From: Bugula neritina
Taxonomy: Eukaryota > Animalia > Bryozoa
Reading direction: 5' to 3'
Assembly: GCA_964035545.1 (NCBI GenBank)
Contig: OZ037765.1
Coordinates: 62,001 to 126,000 of the forward strand
DNA: 64,000 nucleotides
Below are positions 1 through 12,600 of the stretch, in pieces (positions within the stretch are counted from its first letter, which is position 1; every line of letters starts with the position of its first letter). Made by a program: the position numbers and the translations under genes. The notes under the pieces are model-generated. The model was given only the letters and a program-made list of their open reading frames with translations, made no database searches and had not been told where the DNA came from.

Positions 1-239
1 GTGATTGACAGCTAGTTGTCAGATTGGGGTGTCTAGTAGTAGCTAGTAGCTTGTAGCTGGTAGCTGGTAGCTTGTAGCTTGTAGCTAGTTTGTACTGTGA
101 GATGTGAGCTGCTGCTACGAGATTGATAGTCCAGCTCTGCAGAATGAGCAAATATAGGTCAGGAATATATGTCAGGACTCAGGAATGGCTGAGAGTTAGT
201 ACTTTAACCTAACCTAGAATTAGAACAGCTGCTATTCAT

Positions 240-3200
240 ATGGAATATTCAGATGTAAGCAAAGTAGAAGAGGGTATAGACGTATCCACAGAAAAAGAAG
301 GGCTGTTCGGAAATGACCTGGTTGTGTGGGTATCAGCACCTTGTCTGACGGGGAGAGCTGCAAGGGGTTTTAGGACACTTCTACATGAGCTTGACGGAAC
401 TCAGAGAAGTGGGAAAAGCTGCACTAAGTCTGACCGTGACCGCCAGCAGTTTGATGAATTTTATTGTAAGTTTAATTTGTCGTGTGACAGAAACTTTTTA
501 TTAGAAAAAGATGCATTCAACGCCTCAGCGCTGCACTATGTTGTGAGCACAGCAAGTGCTGAACTGATAATCAGCTCGGTTTCAGTCGCTGAGCAGACGA
601 ACCTTCTTCTGAAGAAAGATGGTTTGGGCTGGACACCTCTCCACCTGGCTTCTTATGTTGGCAGATTAGAAATGCTCAGCTATTTCTGCAGCTTTGTCCC
701 TGCAGTAAAACAGCTCATTTTCCAAGCAGATGATGATGGAAGGACAGCCCTGCATGTGTCCAAGGACAAGTGGGTAGTAGAGCTACTTCTAGCCGCCGCA
801 GGAGATGCTAGTGAGCAGTTGGTAAAGATTGGAGATAGAGAAGGGCGAACAGTTCTGCACGCTTCTGTGGAGGATTGTCAGGAGGACATTGTAAAGCACT
901 TGTGTGCAGATTTCTCTCCGCAGTTGCTTTGGACAAAGAATGGTAAGGGACAAACAGCTCTGCATTTGGCTGAGTGCAGTGAAATAGCTGAAGTACTTGC
1001 CGAGGCAGCAGAAGATAATCTAATAGAATACGTGAATGTTAAGGATGACTCGGGCTACACAGCACTCATGTATTTCGTTCTCAAGTTTCAGCCCGACGAC
1101 TTGCGATCAATAATTGCTTTCTTTGATGAAAAACTCTACAGTGAAGAACAACTACAAGCCTTGATGGAGCAGCAGAATAATGATGGTCACAATATTTTTC
1201 ACTTGGCAGCCATGTCTTGGCAAATTGAACACATTTTCCCAGTTATCATGGAGTGTATGGATTTTGTGGAAATTGAAAATGTTATAGCTGCTGACGCGAA
1301 GAACAGCACTCCTTTAGACTACCTCATGTTAAGATGTTCCACTGAGCTATTCGCTCAAATTGTCACAGCGCTACCTTTTGTACAACGGAAAACGGTCCTT
1401 ACTCATACAATGTCACCGAGTTGCAGCCAAGTCAGTGCATTGCCTCAGTGGATAGGCAACACAACTCCTCGGTTGTACGGAAATCTAAGTTGGAAGATGG
1501 AATCCCACACCATTCAGTTTAACATTGTAGCTCTAAATGATGACATTTTCAGAATAATAAAATATGGTTTAAACGAGTACTCACTGCTAGACTCTGCGTA
1601 CCGATACACTTGGAGTTTGTTCTCCTCGAGTGCTGCAAAGATGGCAGCCCAATGGTCTGCTGTTAGTCAACTTCAGGTTAGTATGTAATATAATGCAGGT
1701 TAGTATATAATATAATGCAGGTTAGTATATAATATAATGCAGGTTAGTATATAATATAATGCAGGTTAGTATATGATATGCTGCAGGTTAGTATATAATA
1801 TACTGCAGGTTAGTATGTAGGGATTTTGCAAAGTTTAATAGTAATTTGTTTACTTTTTGTTTACAGGAAATGCTTTCAAACGGTAGAAACGCTGTTCGCT
1901 GTAGAGATGAAGGGAAGAGCTGCTTCTCTGCTATATGGCTTTACATTGACTTCTATGAGCTCTACTCTTATCAGGAGAAGGCTAAAGAAGTACAGCAGAA
2001 ATTGATTGACCTTAACAAACCAGAATACCAAGGTCGCCCAAAGGTGACAATAACTTATTTGTGTACTGCTTGGGTATCATACCATAGTACTCTGTATCAT
2101 ACCATATTACACTGTATAATACTATATTACTCTATATCATACTATATTACACTGTATCATACCATATTACTCTATATCATACCATATTACTCTGTATCAT
2201 ACTATATTACACTGTATCATACCATATTACTCTATATCATACCATATTACTCTGTATCATACTATATTACTCTGTATCATACCATATTACTCTGTATCAT
2301 ACTATATTACTCTGTATCATACTATATTACACTGTATAATACCATATTACACTGTATAATACCATATTACTCTGTATCATACCATATTACTCTATATCAT
2401 ACCATATTACACTGTATCATACCATATTACTCTATATCATACCATATTACACTGTATCATACCATATTACTCTATATCATACCATATTACTCTGTATCAT
2501 ACCATATTACACTGTATCATACCATATTACTCTGTATCATACCATATTACTCTATATCATACCATATTACACTGTATTATACCATATTACTGTGTATCAT
2601 ACTATATTACACTGTATCATACTATATTACTCTGTATCATACCATATAACACTGTATCATACCATATTACTCTGTATCATACCATATTACTCTATATTAT
2701 ACTATATTACACTGTATCATACCATATTACTGTGTATCATACCATATTACTCTATATCATACTATATTACTCTGTATCATACCATATTACTCTATATCAT
2801 ACCATATTACACTGTATTATACCATATTACTGTGTATCATACTATATTACACTGTATCATACTATATTACTCTGTATCATACCATATTACACTGTATCAT
2901 ACCATATTACTCTGTATCATACCATATTACTCTATATTATACTATATTACACTGTATTATACCATATTACTCTGTATCGTACTATATTACACTGTATCAT
3001 ACTATATTACACTGTATCATACCATATTACTGTGTATCATACTATATTACACTGTATCATACCATATTACTGTGTATCATACTATATTACACTGTATTAT
3101 ACTATATTACTCTGTATCATATCATATTACACTGTATCATACCATATACTTCGAGTCTAGGTGATTCTAGTACGGACGGTGGATCCCAAAACACATTTAG

Positions 3201-4993
3201 TACCTCCAGGTCCAGATTTTATTACAATCACCACTCTTTATAGAAGTCCAGCTGTTAAGCAGTGAGTATTTCAGGAATGTCATTTTTACCCCATATTGTT
3301 TTATATTACCCCATGTTATTCTATATTACCCCATATTATCATTATATATTACCCCATATCATTATATATTGCATGATATTATTCTATATTACCTCAGAAT
3401 ATTATATATTACCTCATATTATTATATATTACCTCATAATATTATATATTACCTCATAATATTACATATTACCTCATATTATTATATATTACCTCATATT
3501 ATTATATATTACCTCATATTATTATATATTACTACATATTATTCTATATTACCTCATACTATTCTATATTATCACACATCGTATCATATCCGTAGTTTGC
3601 CAACAGACCCGGAGCTTTACCGATTGCCACTAGACTCTCTGGTGCGTTACTTGACATCAGAAAGGTCAGCTGATCATGTGACCCTCAACAGCACCCTCTG
3701 TTCTCAGTTCGTGAGGAGAGGGTTGGGAGGTCTGGCAGAGAGTTGTGTTATCACCGGCGAGAAGAGGGGAAGAGCTCTGGTCATCTGCAACCTGACTGGG
3801 AGAAAGGAGAGTGGAGAGAGAGAACTGGTGAATGCCAAGCTGGTGTTGGGCAGACAGTTGGGGTTGGATGTTGAGGTAAAGCTCAACCAGACGGCAGCTG
3901 GCATCACCACCTCTATACGCGAGTTCTGCAACTCGCAGGACCACAGCAATATCGTCGCGCTGGCCATCATGTCTCACGGAGCAGGTGGCAAAATATTGGG
4001 AGACGACGGAGAGAGCTGCTGTTCTGTGCAGGAAGTATTGAATACTCTTTCTTCCTCACATCTTCAAAGAGTCCCAAAGGTGTGTGACACTGTATCATGT
4101 GACACTGTACCATGTGACACTGTACCATGTGACACTGTACCATGTGACACTGTATCATGTGACACTGTACCATGTGACACTGCAGGTTTTGCTACTCTCC
4201 TTCTGCCGCGGAGGGATCAAGCTGACCAATGCCAACAGAGTGTCGGCAGGCTGGGAAACTTCAGTGCTGCACAAACTGAGCGGAGGTCTACCAAGAGTAG
4301 CCAAGAGTCCACTTTGTGAGGAAATTCGGAGAGAAGAGTGGAGGAGGAATCCTTTTCCTTTTGTAGATGTGCCGGTGGATTGCTACGTCTGCTACTCAAC
4401 CCTCCCTGATAGCATGTGAGCTTACATACCCTCCCTGATAGCATGTGAGCTTACATACCCTCCCCACTCCCTGATAGCATGTGAGCTTACATACCCTCCC
4501 TGATAGCACGTGGGGTTACATACCCTCCCCACTCCCTGATAGCATGTGAGCTTACTAGCAATTTACTCTTTCACTGTAAACTGCATCTTCTTTTTCTTTC
4601 GACACTATTTTATCCGTTTACAGGTCAGAACGCGGCGTTATGTTTGATGCTCTTAAAACATACCTGATACAAGTATACAAATTTAGTAGTCAACGCCCTT
4701 CACCTGGAGTACCTGAGTACCCTTCACCTGGAGTACCTGAGTACCCTTCACCTGGAGTACCTGAGTACCCTTCACCTGAGAGACAAAGCCCTGAGTACCC
4801 TTCACCTGGGGGTATTGCTGGGGCAGGCAGTAGGGGTGGTGGCTCAACTAGAGTAGAGTTGGTGAATATGCTGACAGATCTGGCAGCCATGGTGAGGGAG
4901 ATATCACGGTTTAGACAATATACTAACGTCTGCTTCAAAGTGGATAGAAACTCTCAACCCGTGCTTATAGACATACTTCCAGTTGATGTATAA
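240..4993 (+). CDS. Ankyrin-repeat / caspase (peptidase C14) fusion protein, ~932 aa, 6 exons (240-1676, 1867-2043, 3161-3261, 3596-4079, 4186-4415, 4624-4993)
   Basis: Exon 1 has repeated ankyrin motifs (GWTPLHLAS, GRTALHVS, GRTVLHAS, GQTALHLA, GYTALMY, GHNIFHLAA). Exons 4-6 have caspase motifs RGRALVICN, AIMSHG (catalytic His), PKVLLLSFCRG (catalytic Cys), and small-subunit-like VPVDCYVCYSTLP and ELVNMLTDLAAMV. All five introns are GT-AG and phases join without a stop (2799 nt). Confidence 0.85.
1689..1816 (+). repeat. 22-bp intronic tandem repeat (gcaggttagtatataatataat) x6, copying the 5' splice site
   Basis: Direct reading; the unit contains cag|gttagtat, as in the real donor at 1674-1684. 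Confidence 0.9.
2073..3147. repeat. 20-bp intronic minisatellite (accatattactctgtatcat), ~53 copies
   Basis: Visible 20-bp period filling intron 2 of the ankyrin-caspase gene. Confidence 0.95.
3285..3572. repeat. 20-bp intronic minisatellite (attatatattacctcatatt)
   Basis: Visible period within intron 3. Confidence 0.9.
4081..4183. repeat. 15-bp repeat (tgtgacactgtacca) x7 making up essentially all of intron 4
   Basis: Intron 4080-4185 begins gtgtgtgacactg and ends tgtgacactgcag. Confidence 0.9.
4400..4556 (+). repeat. Tandem copies of exon-5 end plus donor (ccctccctgatagcat|gtgagcttacata)
   Basis: The real junction at 4415/4416 is followed by four more copies, one of them degenerate. Confidence 0.9.
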
Positions 4994-5209
4994 ATATATA
5001 TAATATATAATTATATATAAGAATTTATAATAATAATATAATAATACATATAATATATATAATTTATAATAATAATACATATAATATATAATAATATATA
5101 TATATATAAGAAGACATCTGTTATCAAATCACCAATTTATTAAGTAAACTATACACAACTGTGAAACAACTTTATACCATCAAAGAGAGAGAGCTGCACA
5201 TTGAGTTTA

Positions 5210-6179
5210 TCATCCCGAGAGATACTGATCACGGACATGGTCTATTAGTCCAAACTCTTTAGCTTCGTGGGGTGACATGAACTTGTCTCTTTCCATGCTG
5301 CTCTCAATGTACTCCAGGGGTTTGTCACAATGCACCGTGTATATTCTATTCAACTGAGACTTTAGCTTAGAGATTTCCTCTGCTTGTATCACAATATCTG
5401 TAGCCTGGCCCTGTAGAACAAACATACTGTGTATATCCTCCCTAGGGGACTATACCCTCCCTAGGGGACTATACCCTCCATAGGGGACTACACCCTCCAT
5501 AGGGGACTATACCCTCCATAGGGGACTATACCCTCCATAGGGGACTACACCCTCCATAGGGGACTATATTCTCCATAGGGGACTATACCCTCCCTAGGGG
5601 ACTATATTCTCCCTCGCGAACTATATTCTCCCCCGGGAACTATATTCTCCCTAGAGGACTACACCCTCCCTGAACAACACCTGGAAATTACAGACTCACC
5701 TGGGCTCCACCTGAGGGCTGGTGCACCATAATGCGAGAGTTTGGCAAGGCATTCCTCATACCTTTGCTACCGGCAGCCAGAAGGAGAGACGCAGCGCTGC
5801 AAGCTTGACCAACACACCAGGTGGCAATTGGTGGCCGAACATACTGCATTGTGTCGTATATTGCCAGACCTGCCGTGACCACTCCACCTGGACTATTGAT
5901 GTACATGTGAATAGGGGCCTTGGAGTTCTCTGTCTGCAGCAGCAGTAACTGGGCTATCACTATGCTTGCCATGTGGTCTTCTATCGGCCCCATAACACAA
6001 ATCATTCTGTCTTTGAGAAGTCTGCTGTAGATATCATACATTCTCTCTCCCCGACCAGTCTGCTCCACCACGTATGGTACATAGGTAGGTAGACGGGCTA
6101 CACTGCCAGTGTGCACTGATACATACTGACTAGATTTACCATGAGTAGCGAGTAGCAAATTACCCACTCTCTCTCTCAG
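5210..6179 (-). CDS. CLPP: ATP-dependent Clp protease proteolytic subunit, mitochondrial (exons 6179-5700, 5410-5210; 5' exon not resolved)
   Basis: [43 protein letters not shown] (Ser), MVHQPSGG (His), [25 protein letters not shown]; phase-0 GT-AG intron 5699-5411. Confidence 0.95.
5432..5670. repeat. 20-bp intronic minisatellite (accctccataggggactat-type) in the ClpP intron
   Basis: Visible tandem units. Confidence 0.9.
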
Positions 6180-7426
6180 CTACAACGATGCAGAGTAAAT
6201 ATCATGAAGTAATAATAGGGCGCTACATATAAGTTATAACTAACTTTAATGCTTCACTACAAATCATGTTATATTTTGTGAGTTATCGGTCTGAGTATTA
6301 GCCCTATTCACTATTATGGAATAAGTATAATAGTAACCATCAAGTACCAAAACACTATTTATTATAGGTAAGACTTATTATCTTAGATATAAAGAGAAAG
6401 AAAATTTTACTTTTATTTTAGAGCTTCATTATAAATAATGTATAATTCAAATAACATTATATTCTTAATTTGAGTTTTAGTTTTAATGATCAATTGTTAC
6501 CTTCCGTCTTCCAGTTTTGTTTATATTACAATTTTGTTCAATTTTCTCATAATTTTGTTACGCTTCTATCACCTTTTTAAATGTAATAATTAAGTGCAAA
6601 TTTATATCAGCATCAACATAATTTGATAGCAATAGCGAATTCAATACAAATATAACATGGCGATCATAATGAGGATCACTTGAAGTTGAACTTGATGCCT
6701 GATGGTGATTATTATTATAAATCAAACTGATTCAGCTGTTGAACATATGGCTAATTATACTTATTAAATTGAAATCTTTTTGAAAATATTAAATCCCAAT
6801 TACAATAACAATATGAATATCAATATCAATATGATTATGATTAGGTCCCATTCAAAGTCAAACTGGAACTTAGTCATGACTCGTGAGTCATGTCACAGTC
6901 AATACCACACGATATTTCAATCTATAGACCGTATTGATAATCACAGGGATACTGATAGTGATACTCATAGTCATACTGATAGTGATACTCATAGTCATAA
7001 TGATAGTGATACTCGTAGTCGTACCATAGTTGTGAATGATGCTACTGCTAGTGAGCGACTCATACTCATAGTGTATCACAAATCTTCAAATGCTCAAATT
7101 GCGGGCACTAGATAGACAATAGTTTGTTGCTTAAATCAGTAACTGTAAATAATTGGTTAATTCTAATTTGATTAAAATTCAGCAAATGGTGAAACTGAAT
7201 ATCACTAATGTTCAGTAATAATAATATGAATTTAACAGTTTGAATACCAGCATCCGAGTGCACGAAGGTCGTTTGTGTGTCGATGGTCGCTTAGTCTATT
7301 TTGCTTTTCTAATAACTAACGAGACGGTGACAGAATAAGATAGGTTTATGCGCTACACAGTCCGAATATTGCCCTCACATTGCTGTCATGTGACCTAGTA
7401 ACTTCAGTCATATGACTTTGTGAAAG

Positions 7427-8830
7427 ATGGATAACCAAATAGTAGCGGAATATCTTTTCCAGGATATTAATATTAACGCTGGAGTACCAGTTTTCTTTTT
7501 ATACGATCGAACATCTTCTTTAGAAGAAGGAGACGATCCCAAAAAAGCTTTACTTTACCCATGCATGCAAGAAGATACATCAGAAAACAGGCACAAGGTT
7601 ACTAATCAAGTCAATTTAATCACTTCTCTTATTTTGTTCTCCAACAAGCTGGAATTTGAGCTTGGAAAATCTCTACCGACATGTTATGCTTTAGAGCAAG
7701 TCAAGTTTTATTTACTTAATGTTGGAAAATATACTTTTGCTTTGAGAAGACCTCACAATTATCCTACAATATCTGCCCGGACGGAATTAGATATGATATA
7801 TTTCATATTTATCACTTTTTATGGTGAATTCAGTACATCTGGTGTGCATACGACAAACTGCAGACTTGAAGATAATCCAGACATCTCTAAGGCAGCAAAT
7901 TTCGACAATATACTTAGTTTCTTTTCCAAAATGAAAAGACCACAGCTGGCCGTGTGTACTGGGTCGTGGTGTACGCAGACCGTCTCAGCAGAACTTGATG
8001 AGGCTGAAAGAAGACTGACTATCAACTTGTCTCTCCTTGTGGAGTCGGTTTGTTCTAGTTCGATGATTGTAGGTTTACTTGCCACTTTGAACAGAAAAGT
8101 GATATTCACTAAGCATCTGAAACCTAAGTTTGTTCAAGTGGTGACTCTTTTGTTATCTGGCGATATAACCAGTCTAGGGAAGAGCATAGTATTTGAAAAC
8201 TCATACAATGTAGTGGCCCTGTCTTGCCACCTGACATCTTCTCATGTTTATTCTCATTCGAATGAGCAGACAGAGCCTAGAACATTCCATGCTCTAATCC
8301 ATATACGTGGTGATCTTTCACTAACTCTTCTAGTTAGGTGTATGAAGGATCCATTACTCGGCGACTGGTTTCAGAGTACATGGCGACGCTACTGCACGAG
8401 TTTGAGAAATGAGCTCTTCAGCTTACACCACGATCTGGAGAATACAAAGGAGATAACTCCGGTGTCCCCTAGGGAGCACCTACCCACATCAATTGAGAGT
8501 GTGCGTTTGCACAAACAGAGTAATGTTCTGTACATGAGCTCAGCCCGGGCATTCTCCTCTACAACTTCTGAGGCAAGACTAGACCGAAAGAGACTGGGCT
8601 CCAGTCCCGCACTCGGCCCCTCCCACAACTTTTCCGACTGGTATACAAGGTCAGTGGGCGTGGCTCAGCAAGCCTTCTGTGACATGCCCTCCATCTCCGA
8701 GATACGCCTGGCCTCCTCATCAGAATATCGGCTGCGTGCCACTCAGTCACCAATCAACAACAAATTTATCGGGTCAAGTTGCAATGACCCCCGGGCTTGG
8801 TCAGCCGCAGTACAAGATGGCAGCATTTAA
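7427..8830 (+). CDS. HPS4: Hermansky-Pudlak syndrome 4-like protein (BLOC-3 subunit, longin domains), intronless
   Basis: 467-aa ORF; N-terminal VFFLYDRTSSLEEGDDPKKALLYP resembles the HPS4 first-longin signature FFLYDxxxxxxEGDPxxA as I recall it. The rest is divergent. Confidence 0.65.
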   Translation: MDNQIVAEYLFQDININAGVPVFFLYDRTSSLEEGDDPKKALLYPCMQEDTSENRHKVTNQVNLITSLILFSNKLEFELGKSLPTCYALEQVKFYLLNVGKYTFALRRPHNYPTISARTELDMIYFIFITFYGEFSTSGVHTTNCRLEDNPDISKAANFDNILSFFSKMKRPQLAVCTGSWCTQTVSAELDEAERRLTINLSLLVESVCSSSMIVGLLATLNRKVIFTKHLKPKFVQVVTLLLSGDITSLGKSIVFENSYNVVALSCHLTSSHVYSHSNEQTEPRTFHALIHIRGDLSLTLLVRCMKDPLLGDWFQSTWRRYCTSLRNELFSLHHDLENTKEITPVSPREHLPTSIESVRLHKQSNVLYMSSARAFSSTTSEARLDRKRLGSSPALGPSHNFSDWYTRSVGVAQQAFCDMPSISEIRLASSSEYRLRATQSPINNKFIGSSCNDPRAWSAAVQDGSI

Positions 8831-9358
8831 TACTCATCCATCCACACAAGATAGTCAACTTATTTATATTTGTTATGTTTTCATTATAATCAGCTGTTGT
8901 GTACAATACAATATATTGTGAATTATTTATCAACATATAATATAATGCATATAATATAATGTGTATAATATAATGCATATAATATAATGTGTATAATATA
9001 ATGTGTATAATATAATGCGTATAATATAATGCATATAATATAATGTTTATGATATAATGCATATATTATAATGCATATAATATAATGTTTATGATATAAA
9101 ACAAACTACATAAAACAAGAAAACCACCCCATGACCAACTAGCTAAAACAAAATAGTAAAACTAGTAGACATAAAAGAATAAGAAATAACCAATCAAATG
9201 TTGCTGAGCAAACTTCTAAAATGGAGAGAAGAAATGAACTGAATGGAGGTTTGATTCAGAGTTGAACAGTCAGATTATCCTGATGGAAGAATACAACACA
9301 AAGTGAGATGTGTTGATTATGAGTTGTCTTCACATAGTGATACACCTAGCAGAGAGTT

Positions 9359-9473
9359 CTACACAACGTCATGTAGGTTGAGTGGGCAGGGTCTCGTAAA
9401 CTCATTCATGGATTCATGGAACCACTTATTGCAAACTAAAAGTAAAGTAGTGGATAATTAACTTTATATATAC

Positions 9474-9517
<44 letters not shown>

Positions 9518-9582
9518 GTATATATATATACATATACATATATATACTTATATATATATATATACGTATATATACATATACG

Positions 9583-9619
<37 letters not shown>

Positions 9620-12600
9620 GTATATTACCGAGTATATATCTATTGTACAGGTAATATTATATAGTACATATATTATATTGCACAGGTAACGTATATTACA
9701 AGAAAACGTATTACATACTAATACTCCATCTAGAAACACTCCGTAGTAAAACTGAAGCTAAACAGTGCTTATGGGAGGTGAATGTAACGTACCCCACTTA
9801 TAGCCAACTAAAACTGGGCAAGCTCCGTGTAAAGTTCTCTCATCCAATGAGCCATCTTCTTTCAAATTATACCAAAAAGCAGCTCCACCCTGAAATTAAC
9901 ATATATAACTAACAGAGTATTATATATGACTAACAGAGTAATATATATGATTACCAGAGTAATATATATGACTAACAGAGTAATATATATGACTAACAGA
10001 GTAATATATATGACTAATAGAGTAATATATATGACTAATAGAGTAATATATATGACTAATAGAGTAATATATATGACAAAAAGAGTAATATATATGATTA
10101 TTAGAGTAATATATGTGGCTACCAGAAAAATATATATGACTAATACAGTAATATGTTAAAACAGACCTTTTCTGGCCAAACAGTAGCACCTAGATGGGGA
10201 AATACAGTAGCTCCTCCTTTTTCTACATCTGTCAGCTGGAAGAGAAGTATTCAGGGGTAAAATAATATCATATATTCCATCAAACACACCACAAATTAAT
10301 ACATTATTAATACATAAACAATTTGTAAGTTTCAAATTGTTGAGTTTAGTATAGAATACTCACATAGAGGATAAAAGTAGCAATACGGTTTCTTGCCCCT
10401 TCCTCAAAGACGTCTAGATTATTTTCCTAAATAATATTATATTATATTATATTATACATATGAGTTATATATTATATTATACATACGAGTCATATATTAT
10501 ATTATACATATGTGTTATATATTATATTATACATATGAGTTATATATTATATTATACATATGTGTTATATATTATATTATACCTATGAGTTATATATTAT
10601 ATTATACATATGAGTTATATATTATATTATACATATGAGTTATATATTATATTATACATATGAGTTATATATTATATTATACATATGAGTTATATATTAT
10701 ATTATACATACGAGTCATATATTATATTATACATATGAGTTATATATTATATTATACATATGAGTTATATATTATATTATACATATGAGTTATATATTAT
10801 ATTATACATACGAGTCATATATTATATTATACATATGAGTTATATATTATATTATACATATGTGTTATATATTATATTATACATATGAGTTATATATTAT
10901 ATTATACATATGAGTTATATATTATATTACACATATGAGTCATATATTATATTATACATATGAGTTATATATTATATTATACATATGAGTCATATATTAT
11001 ATTATACCTATGAGTTATATATTATATTATACCTATGAGTTATATATTATATTATACATATGAGTTATATATTATATTACACATATAGTAATGACTTACA
11101 CGTGCAAAATCGCAGTGAGGTTCATAATGACCACCTATCCCATAATTCAACACCTGTAATTCACAAAAGTCTGATTATACAACGAAGGTTTACCTTTACA
11201 GTTGATAGTATAACTCTGTATAGTATATAGTGAGTTAAGTATACATCAAGTACTAACCTGAAGGGACTCTGTATAGTATATAGTGAGTTAAGTATACATC
11301 AAGTACTAACCTGAAGGGACTCTGTATATATATAGTGAGTTAAGTATACATCAAGTACTAACCTGAAGGGACTCTGTATAGTATATAGTGAGTTAAGTAT
11401 ACATCAAGTACTAACCTGAAGGGACTCTGTATAGTATATAGTGAGTTAAGTATACATCAAGTACTAACCTGAAGGGACTCTGTATAGTATATAGTGAGTT
11501 AAGTATACATCAAGTACTAACCTGAAGGGACTCTGTATAGTATATAGTGAGTTAAGTATACATCAAGTACTAACCTGAAGGGACTCTGTATAGTATATAG
11601 TGAGTTAAGTATACATCAAGTACTAACCTGAAGGGACTCTGTATAGTATATAGTGAGTTAAGTATACATCAAGTACTAACCTGAAGGGACTCTGTATAGC
11701 ATAAAGTGAGTTAAGTATACATCAAGTACTAACCTGAAGGGACTCTGTATATATATAGTGAGTTAAGTATACATCAAGTACTAACCTGAAGGGACTCTGT
11801 ATATATATAGTGAGTTAAGTATACATCAAGTACTAACCTGAAGGGACTCTGTATAGTATATAGTGAGTTAAGTATACATCAAGTACTAACCTGAAGGGAC
11901 TCTGTATAGTATATAGTGAGTTAAGTATACATCAAGTATTAACCTGAAGGGACTCTGTATAGTATATAGTGAGTTAAGTATACATCAAGTACTAACCTGA
12001 AGGGACTCTGTATAGTATATAGTGAGTTAAGTACACATCAAGTACTAACCTGAAGGGACTCTGTATAGTATATAGTGAGTTAAGTATACATCAAGTACTA
12101 ACCTGAAGGGACTCTGTATAGTATATAGTGAGTTAAGTATACATCAAGTACTAACCTGAAGGGACTCTGCATAGTTTATAGTGAGTCCCGTTATTCGAGA
12201 AAGTCTTTGGCTGAGAGATGAAATAACTTCATCTTCTCCATCTTCAATCCACGCACTGAATAATAGAAGTTGTCATGAAGCCATCCATTGTATTTTCTTA
12301 TACGTGTAGTATATACACTATACATGTAGCATATACACTATACAGGTAGTATATACACTATACATGTAGTATATACACTATACATGTAGTATATACACTA
12401 TACAGGTAGTATATACACTATACGTGTAGCATATACACTATACGTGTAGCATATACACTATACGTGTAGCATATACACTATACGTGTAGCATATACACTA
12501 TACGTGTAGCATATACACTATACGTGTAGCATATACACTATACGTGTAGCATATACACTATACATGTAGCATATACACTATACATGTAGTATATACACTA

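Noticed and set aside
2044-3164. Tyr/Ile/His-rich ORFs 1846-2649, 2592-3164, 2732-3160
   Set aside because: Intronic 20-bp repeat; only 1867-2043 is exonic.
6181-6560. ClpP first coding exon
   Set aside because: A donor-like site at ~6500 exists, but I found no in-frame ATG; left unresolved.
11214-12186. CRISPR-like appearance of regular repeats (also 17165-17600, 53806-55017)
   Set aside because: No unique spacers, no cas genes, eukaryotic intron context.
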